64,000 bases of DNA from a virus (lineage: Duplodnaviria > Heunggongvirae > Uroviricota > Caudoviricetes), in IMG/VR virus record IMGVR_UViG_3300030032_000362, one strand, 5' to 3'. Positions 58,460-64,000 of the stretch are shown here, piece after piece. The position numbers and the translations under genes are program-made. Numbering within the stretch: position 1 is the stretch's first letter; each line of letters begins with the position of its first letter. The notes under the pieces are model-generated. The model worked only from the letters and a program-made list of their open reading frames with translations. It did not search any database and was not told the origin of the DNA.

Positions 58460-58830
58460 ATTACCCCACCATAATGGTTATATATAAATTTGTTATATAT
58501 GAAATCTATCCCGCTATGATGATATAAAAATTAAAAACTATTCCCACTATGATGTTTATTGTTATTCCCGACATACTGGGTATTTTTTGTCATATATGAA
58601 AACGTATTATAATGTTTTTGCTATTAAAAAGGGGAATGTCCCCACCATAGAGGAATCCCCACTGTTCCACTATACAGAGAAAGTTTATTTTCCCCACTAT
58701 AGAGTGGTTCATCTTCAAAGCGGGTACCGGAATTCTAATTTCCTTACCCCACCATAGCGGTATTACATCGTTTCCCACCATGACGGCAGTTCCGATTACG
58801 ATTTACCGTCTACATAGAGGGATGATTTAT
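58460..58830. repeat. Iteron array: about 10 copies of an imperfectly palindromic 14-16-bp motif (consensus tCCCCACyATAGAGG)
   Basis: Copies at about 58463, 58508, 58542, 58565, 58638, 58656, 58691, 58746, 58771 and 58805 (the last reversed). Examples: CCCCACCATAGAGG, CCCCACTATAGAGTGG, CCCCACCATAGCGG, TCCCACCATGACGG. The array is flanked by two copies of TTTTTGTCATATAT-GAAAAC-ATTATA (58584 and 58866). It sits in an 860-bp gap with no ORF. Confidence 0.6.
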
Positions 58831-59244
58831 TATCGTGGGAGGGCAATCCAATACAAGGAAATATTTTTTTGTCATATATAGAAAAACATTATATCAATTA
58901 TTTCACAAAGAGTTTAAGCCGGTCTTCCTCGTCCAATGATTTTATTTATTCCTACTACATCTCCGGATACTCTTCTTCCTTAGTGGCAGCAGTTATTTCT
59001 TATGCGAGTACATCTGATTATGGTATAATTTGATGTGAGAAAATAGGTTAAGTATAAACCTAATATACAATTGCGTAGAAAGTATATATACTTTTTTCTT
59101 TTTGAACAGGAAAAAATAATACTATATAACACAAAAGACGCCTGCTTAATGCAAGCGTCTTCGCTACTCTTTCTTCCTATAAATGGTAGACGAGCTATAA
59201 TATCACTAATTATAATTTCGTATTTTATACTCCAATCATTTCCA

Positions 59245-61113
59245 TCACTCCTTTTCGTTTAAAAGTGCTTTGTTTGTAATTTGCTTATCCATAACAGTGG
59301 CCAATTCAGTTACAAATCTTGATTCTCGCATCTTCTTTCCTCTTGAACGGTTTGTATACGAGATATGTAAAAAATCTTTTGCCCTTGTCATAGCTACATA
59401 GAACATCCGGCGTTCCTCTTCAATGTCATTAATCTCGCCCTTGTGTGAATATGGCGTAAAACCTTCATTAGCGTTAATAATGAATACATGTTTAAATTCT
59501 AAACCTTTAGAGCCATGCATTGTCATCAAATAGATGCCCTCTTTTGTCTCGTCAATACTCTTTTTTAGAGTAAACGTATAATCTTTTGCATATTCAACCC
59601 ATTCATCGAAAGAATCAAATGTTTTTGATGTATCAACAATCTCATCCAGAATATCAATTAATTCCTGAGGATTCATCCTGTTGTAATCCGCAAAATCAAG
59701 CAAGGCCTTTTTATAATCCATGTGATTGATTAAATAATCCAAAAAGCTTTGTAATTTCATACGGCTCATGGTTTTTATATCCTGTTTAAACCGAAAAATA
59801 TTTCTTGCAATGTATGGTTTACGATGCATAACGCCCCATTCAACTAAATCATCTAAGCTCTTGCTCTGCTGCAAGGCTTCATTAGGAATATATCGCGTTG
59901 GACGCTTTAAAGCTTTTTTGATTTCACCAAACGGAGCAGTATTTATACTTTTTCCGAGTTCATGAAAGCGAACAATGTCTTTAAAAATCCAATGTTCAAA
60001 CAAATTGACAACACCTTCTGTTTTTGCGACAAACGGAATGTCAGCATCCATTAAAACAGATGCGATTTTAGGGCATTCTTTATTTGTGCGATAGATAATA
60101 GCAATATCGTCTAGTGAGGTGCCTTTATTAAGCAGTTTTTTAATATCGCCTATAACGCCTATAGCTTGGAGTTCCGGCGTGCGGTATGGCTTAATCTCAA
60201 TAGAACCCTTTTCACGAACTGATTTGAAATCTTTATCAAATCGCTTCGAATTTGATTTAATGAATTCAGAAGCAGCACTTACAATTTTTTCTCCGGAACG
60301 ATAATTCGTATCAAGTGTAATCCTTTTTGCATTTGCTTTTTTTTCAAATGCTAACATAATTTCCGGTTTTGCTCCTCTGAACTGATAAAGTGATTGGTCA
60401 TCATCTCCAACAATACATAAATTATTGCGAGGGTTCGCTAATAATTCGATTAATTCCATTTGTGTATGACATACATCTTGACACTCATCTACCTGGATGT
60501 ATTGATATCGGTCACGCCAACAATCCAATATGTCCTTATTTTTTTTTAGTAGTTTTAAGCATTCAATCTGCATATCATCATAATCAATTTTTTTATTTTG
60601 CTTACAATAATTACAGTACTCATTGAAAATCAACTGTAATTGCTCTTCCCGGCAACCGCATTCGATGTCATAGGGCGGTTTAAGCATTCCGGATTTAATA
60701 TTACTGATAGCGCTTACCAAATCCTTGATTAAAGTATTAATGTCTTCTGTGTAAATTTTGTTGTTCTTTATGATTTCGCGCAAAACATTCCATTCATCTC
60801 TTTCTGTTAACACATTCTCATATGTATAATCAAAAGAAGTTGTTAATATAGCCAATGCAACAGAATGAATTGTGCCAAAAGTAACACCCGGTGTCTCGCA
60901 TTGAGTTAAAGCCTCATATCTCATCTGCATTTCTTTAGCAGCAGCTTTTGTAAATGTAATGACCAATATGTTGTATGGATTTACACCTTTTTCAATTAAT
61001 TTAGCCGTTCGATTTACTACAACTGTGGTTTTTCCAGAACCCGGTCCGGCCACTACAATTAACGGGCCATCTTTATGATTGATAGCCGCTTTTTGTTCTT
61101 TATTAAAACTCAT
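59245..61113 (-). CDS. UvrD/Rep/PcrA-family superfamily-1 DNA helicase
   Basis: 622 aa. Walker A AGPGSGKTT. TIHSVA. DExx block QVDECQDV. IVGDDDQSLYQFRGA. TNYRSG. MTMHGSKGLEFKHVFI. YVAMTRAK. Confidence 0.85.
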   Translation of the reverse strand: MSFNKEQKAAINHKDGPLIVVAGPGSGKTTVVVNRTAKLIEKGVNPYNILVITFTKAAAKEMQMRYEALTQCETPGVTFGTIHSVALAILTTSFDYTYENVLTERDEWNVLREIIKNNKIYTEDINTLIKDLVSAISNIKSGMLKPPYDIECGCREEQLQLIFNEYCNYCKQNKKIDYDDMQIECLKLLKKNKDILDCWRDRYQYIQVDECQDVCHTQMELIELLANPRNNLCIVGDDDQSLYQFRGAKPEIMLAFEKKANAKRITLDTNYRSGEKIVSAASEFIKSNSKRFDKDFKSVREKGSIEIKPYRTPELQAIGVIGDIKKLLNKGTSLDDIAIIYRTNKECPKIASVLMDADIPFVAKTEGVVNLFEHWIFKDIVRFHELGKSINTAPFGEIKKALKRPTRYIPNEALQQSKSLDDLVEWGVMHRKPYIARNIFRFKQDIKTMSRMKLQSFLDYLINHMDYKKALLDFADYNRMNPQELIDILDEIVDTSKTFDSFDEWVEYAKDYTFTLKKSIDETKEGIYLMTMHGSKGLEFKHVFIINANEGFTPYSHKGEINDIEEERRMFYVAMTRAKDFLHISYTNRSRGKKMRESRFVTELATVMDKQITNKALLNEKE

Positions 61114-61120
61114 ATTTTAC

Positions 61121-61423
61121 CTACTTTCTTTTTTTGATTTTGTTGTTTTTAATCACAATAGCTGCCAACGCAACAAATAAAACAATAAGAACTAATGCAT
61201 TATATTTATTGTTTTTTGCCACATCAGTCCCAATTTCTTTAAATTCTTCTTCAGGACTTAAAGTTGCTTTTGGCGTTGGGCTCGCAATCGTTGCGGCACT
61301 ATTTGTTGCGCTTTCAACATTGTATTCATATTGACTTGCAGGTTGCATTGTAGTTTCTGCCTTTGCATAATTAAATGGCAATGCCATAATTACAAGAGCT
61401 ATCATTAAAATATATTTTTTCAT
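61121..61423 (-). CDS. Small secreted/membrane-anchored protein (signal peptide plus C-terminal TM)
   Basis: MKKYILMIALVIMALPFNYAKAE and a C-terminal LVLIVLFVALAAIVI. Stop and start are 7 bp from the helicase gene. Confidence 0.4.
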   Translation of the reverse strand: MKKYILMIALVIMALPFNYAKAETTMQPASQYEYNVESATNSAATIASPTPKATLSPEEEFKEIGTDVAKNNKYNALVLIVLFVALAAIVIKNNKIKKRK

Positions 61424-61484
61424 AAAAATCCTCCTTTTGTTATTGTGATATTATTAATAGTCTCCTTTTATTATCGTGACACTA

Positions 61485-61528
61485 TTAATATGTCTGTTTT
61501 TAGATGAAATAAAAATCATATTATGAGA
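61485..61528 (-). promoter_or_regulatory. Extended promoter/operator element, copy 5 of 5 (plus a degenerate core copy at about 61451-61464)
   Basis: TTAATATGTCTGTTTTTAGATGAAATAAAAATCATATTATGAGA. Confidence 0.55.
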
Positions 61529-61552
61529 AAAAAGGCTTCATTAGAAGCCTCT

Positions 61553-62146
61553 TTAACAACATTCAGTTAATATATCAACTGCAACTTGGTTCAGCCCTTT
61601 ATCCGACTTCATAATTTTAAGAGCTTCTTCTTTTGACCGTTTTTTATGATATACGCGGTCTGCGGTCAACGCTTCATAGACATCAGCTACGCTCACTATT
61701 TGAGTTAATATATCAATTTTATGTCCTCGTAATTTTTGTGGATATCCACTTCCATCTAGCCGTTCATGATGATGATATACAATATCTACAACTGTACGAT
61801 TAAAATCCAATTGCTTTAATACCCAAAAGCCGTACTGGGGATGACACTCAATTAAGGTTCTATCATCCTGAGTTAATTTTTTGGCTTTATTAAGCACGTC
61901 TTGATTTACATAAGATTTTCCAATATCATGTAATAAAGCTCCTACTGCTAAATCAATTTTTTGTTGCAAATTAAATCCATACACTTCGGCTATTTGCAAA
62001 GCAATATCACACGTCCGGCTGCAATGCTCAAATACATCTTCACCTAATGAATATTGAAAATCTTTTGTATATTTATCCTTAATAATATTTAATGCAATAT
62101 CTTTAATATTTTTCATGCATAATTTGCACCTCCTTAACATAATCAT
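61553..62146 (-). CDS. HD-GYP domain protein (putative c-di-GMP phosphodiesterase or signalling HD hydrolase)
   Basis: HDIGK then HHHERLDGSGYPQ: the HD plus GYP signature. Confidence 0.65.
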   Translation of the reverse strand: MIMLRRCKLCMKNIKDIALNIIKDKYTKDFQYSLGEDVFEHCSRTCDIALQIAEVYGFNLQQKIDLAVGALLHDIGKSYVNQDVLNKAKKLTQDDRTLIECHPQYGFWVLKQLDFNRTVVDIVYHHHERLDGSGYPQKLRGHKIDILTQIVSVADVYEALTADRVYHKKRSKEEALKIMKSDKGLNQVAVDILTECC

Positions 62147-62147
62147 T

Positions 62148-62161
62148 TTTAATATGTCTGT
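62148..62161 (-). promoter_or_regulatory. Conserved promoter motif copy
   Basis: TTAATATGTCTGTT upstream of 61553..62146. A related TTAATATGATGC lies at about 62189. Confidence 0.5.
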
Positions 62162-62175
62162 TAAAACCTAAAAAA

Positions 62176-62751
62176 TTATATAAGAATACTTAATATGATG
62201 CAGCAGCTAATATATAAATAGGGAATTAGGGCCTTAGATTTGTCACTTTTCCTCATATAACAAACAATACTATATAAGAAAAAACAAACACACGCTGTCA
62301 ATATAGTTATAAGCAATATAAAATAATAAATTTTACCAAAGACCGCCAAATAATGAATAGCAACCCCTACACAAAGGAATGAGGCTTTTTTATTCCATTT
62401 TCGAAATCGGCCTAGAAGCATAATGCCTAAAAAGAAAAATACCATGGAAAAAGTTTCTTCTTGCACATCCGCAAAAGATGTCTTCATCACAATAATTCGA
62501 ATTGTGTATAAAATAATGCCTATGCAAATAAATAAAATTCCTTGCCAATTTGCAATTTCTTTCTTATACACATCTTTTATTGATGCATAAATTAAAAACC
62601 CAAAGATTGAAATTATTGGACAAATCAATAGCATTTTTGTTACTAAAGGCATACTAATTGGAAGTATATGTATACCTATACTAATCAGGCTAATTAAACA
62701 TAAACATACTGAAAATATAAAATATCGACTATTTTTTTTTATAAATATCAT
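62176..62751 (-). CDS. Polytopic membrane protein (191 aa)
   Basis: About five TM helices. Confidence 0.4.
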   Translation of the reverse strand: MIFIKKNSRYFIFSVCLCLISLISIGIHILPISMPLVTKMLLICPIISIFGFLIYASIKDVYKKEIANWQGILFICIGIILYTIRIIVMKTSFADVQEETFSMVFFFLGIMLLGRFRKWNKKASFLCVGVAIHYLAVFGKIYYFILLITILTACVCFFLYSIVCYMRKSDKSKALIPYLYISCCIILSILI

Positions 62752-62806
62752 ACATTGTTCCTCTCTTTCTTGATTAACTTTATATACCTATTTTGAACAT
62801 TTATTT

Positions 62807-64000
62807 TCACGACCGGCACTTATCAGCATAATTATCATATCGTTTTGCTATATAATAATAATACAAACCTCTGAGTCCGAAATCAATTGTGCAGGCAAGT
62901 CCAAAACCAATTAAACTAAATCCGCATTTCCACATCACAAATGTAACCGGGACGCGAATAAAAATGCCAATAACACCGCCATACCGTAAATATTCTGTTC
63001 GTCCATAACAACTAAGAACTGACTTGTACACCTCATAGAATAACAGACTAATACAATCTGTCATATACACGGCTAACCATATCAAACAGTTCAATAACGG
63101 TACCGCGCCATGATAAAATAGTAAAAGCACATATGCAAAACTGTATTCAATCCCTAATAACAGTAATCCATATTTCTTTATTAAAATTTTTGCACCTGTT
63201 ATTAGCTTTCGGTTCATCAATTTCAACCGAGCCAAACAATACACACCAAAATTATTTGTAAATTCTTCGCTATTACAAATAATGCCATATACAACACAGT
63301 GAATGGCATATAATCGTGTATCTAACCTTGCAGCCATCGCTCCATATGACAGAGTAGCAACTTTACCCATCAATCGGTCAATCACAATATCCTTCCCCTT
63401 TGAAAATGCCTCTTTCATAAATCCTATATTAACTTTTTTGTGTAATATTCGAGAACGATATAATAAAAACGCATCATAAACAAAATAAGCAATTCCGGTT
63501 GTTATGACCAAATAATATACTGGGTATCTATTGACGTAGACTAACACATCTAACGTAATTGCAATTATCCAATACATAATATCTGCAATAAATACCGCTT
63601 TGTTCTCAAACTGATACATTAAATAAGTATTTAAATAATCACCAATCTGCCGAAACGGTATTGTGAACAAATAACACAACATCAATTTATTAAAAATATC
63701 TATTTGTGGAACCGTTAGATGATAAATGATATGTATACTACGATAAATTAACAATCCAAGTATCAACATGAAAATACTGGACAAAAATCCAAGCAGCATA
63801 CAAGTCTTTTCCTCTTTTTGTGTATTTATATACGCATATTTACCAATGTTGTAAACGCTTTGAAACGCCCAAATCATCGGAATATAACTACCATAAGCAA
63901 TGACAGAATCAATGCTAACTTTATTAGCAAATCCATCATCAATAACATTTGCTAATATCGTATACACTGCTTGAAATACAAAAAATAAAAACTGTCTCAT
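62807..64000 (-). CDS. Polytopic membrane protein (at least 397 aa); may extend beyond the window end
   Basis: About 10-12 TM helices, a polysaccharide-flippase/MATE-like architecture with no firm motif. ATG falls exactly at the window edge (63998-64000), so the true 5' end is uncertain. Confidence 0.4.
   Translation of the reverse strand: MRQFLFFVFQAVYTILANVIDDGFANKVSIDSVIAYGSYIPMIWAFQSVYNIGKYAYINTQKEEKTCMLLGFLSSIFMLILGLLIYRSIHIIYHLTVPQIDIFNKLMLCYLFTIPFRQIGDYLNTYLMYQFENKAVFIADIMYWIIAITLDVLVYVNRYPVYYLVITTGIAYFVYDAFLLYRSRILHKKVNIGFMKEAFSKGKDIVIDRLMGKVATLSYGAMAARLDTRLYAIHCVVYGIICNSEEFTNNFGVYCLARLKLMNRKLITGAKILIKKYGLLLLGIEYSFAYVLLLFYHGAVPLLNCLIWLAVYMTDCISLLFYEVYKSVLSCYGRTEYLRYGGVIGIFIRVPVTFVMWKCGFSLIGFGLACTIDFGLRGLYYYYIAKRYDNYADKCRS

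Noticed and set aside
58460-58830. Possible CRISPR array
   Set aside because: The repeats are only 14-16 bp, imperfect and partly palindromic, with irregular 20-70-bp spacing and no cas genes. An iteron or centromere-like array is far more consistent.
59245-61113. Gabija-like (GajB) or other helicase-based defence system
   Set aside because: No GajA-like ATPase/TOPRIM or other defence partner is adjacent. The neighbours are iterons and a small secreted protein. A replication or transfer helicase is more parsimonious.
1-64000. Interpretation of the window as a phage genome (uniform promoters, tRNA array, many tiny ORFs)
   Set aside because: No terminase, portal, capsid, tail or lysis-cassette genes are recognisable. 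By contrast VirB4, VirD4, pilin-like genes, a cell-wall hydrolase and adhesins are present. A conjugative plasmid or ICE fits better, though a phage-plasmid hybrid cannot be excluded from 64 kb.

Overview
This is a low-GC (~34%) Firmicutes-type accessory region that looks like one large mobile element: a conjugative plasmid or ICE, not host core genome. Nearly all genes lie on the minus strand, in short operons separated by GC-rich tetraloop terminators. Recognisable content, in window order: a Gram-positive type IV secretion core (VirB4-like ATPase, VirB3/VirB6-like membrane proteins, two pilin-like paralogs); two giant secreted adhesin-like proteins (1312 and 1896 aa) with Listeria-Bacteroides repeats, BspA-type LRRs and a transglutaminase-like module; a VirD4/TraG coupling protein; a tRNA array at 37.9-41.4 kb with four canonical tRNAs, a tRNA-Ile(UAU)-like gene and several aberrant tRNA-like elements; a long run of small hypothetical leading-region genes (RadC/JAB, DUF551-like, MazG-like, MazF toxin, HicB-like, HipA-like, two ImmA/IrrE peptidases); a glucosaminidase-type cell-wall hydrolase; an array of about 10 imperfect palindromic iterons; and a UvrD-like helicase, an HD-GYP protein and polytopic membrane proteins at the window end. 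No relaxase, replication initiator, integrase or phage structural gene is recognisable in the window. The most striking signal names no standard feature type: a strictly conserved 14-bp motif (plus strand TTAATATGTCTGTT, functional orientation AACAGACATATTAA) sits about 30-60 bp upstream of the start codon of essentially every minus-strand transcription unit, at least 25 copies. Five copies extend into a roughly 50-bp inverted-repeat element and three more are a longer variant. Other oddities are a zinc-ribbon gene with a single in-frame TAG, a DUF551-like gene split at an A-run, tRNA-like elements with insertions or deletions, and a free cytoplasmic paralog of the transglutaminase module carried on one giant surface protein. 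All product calls rest on motif-level reading of the translated ORFs, not database searches. Coordinates of small RNA and repeat features are approximate (a few bp).
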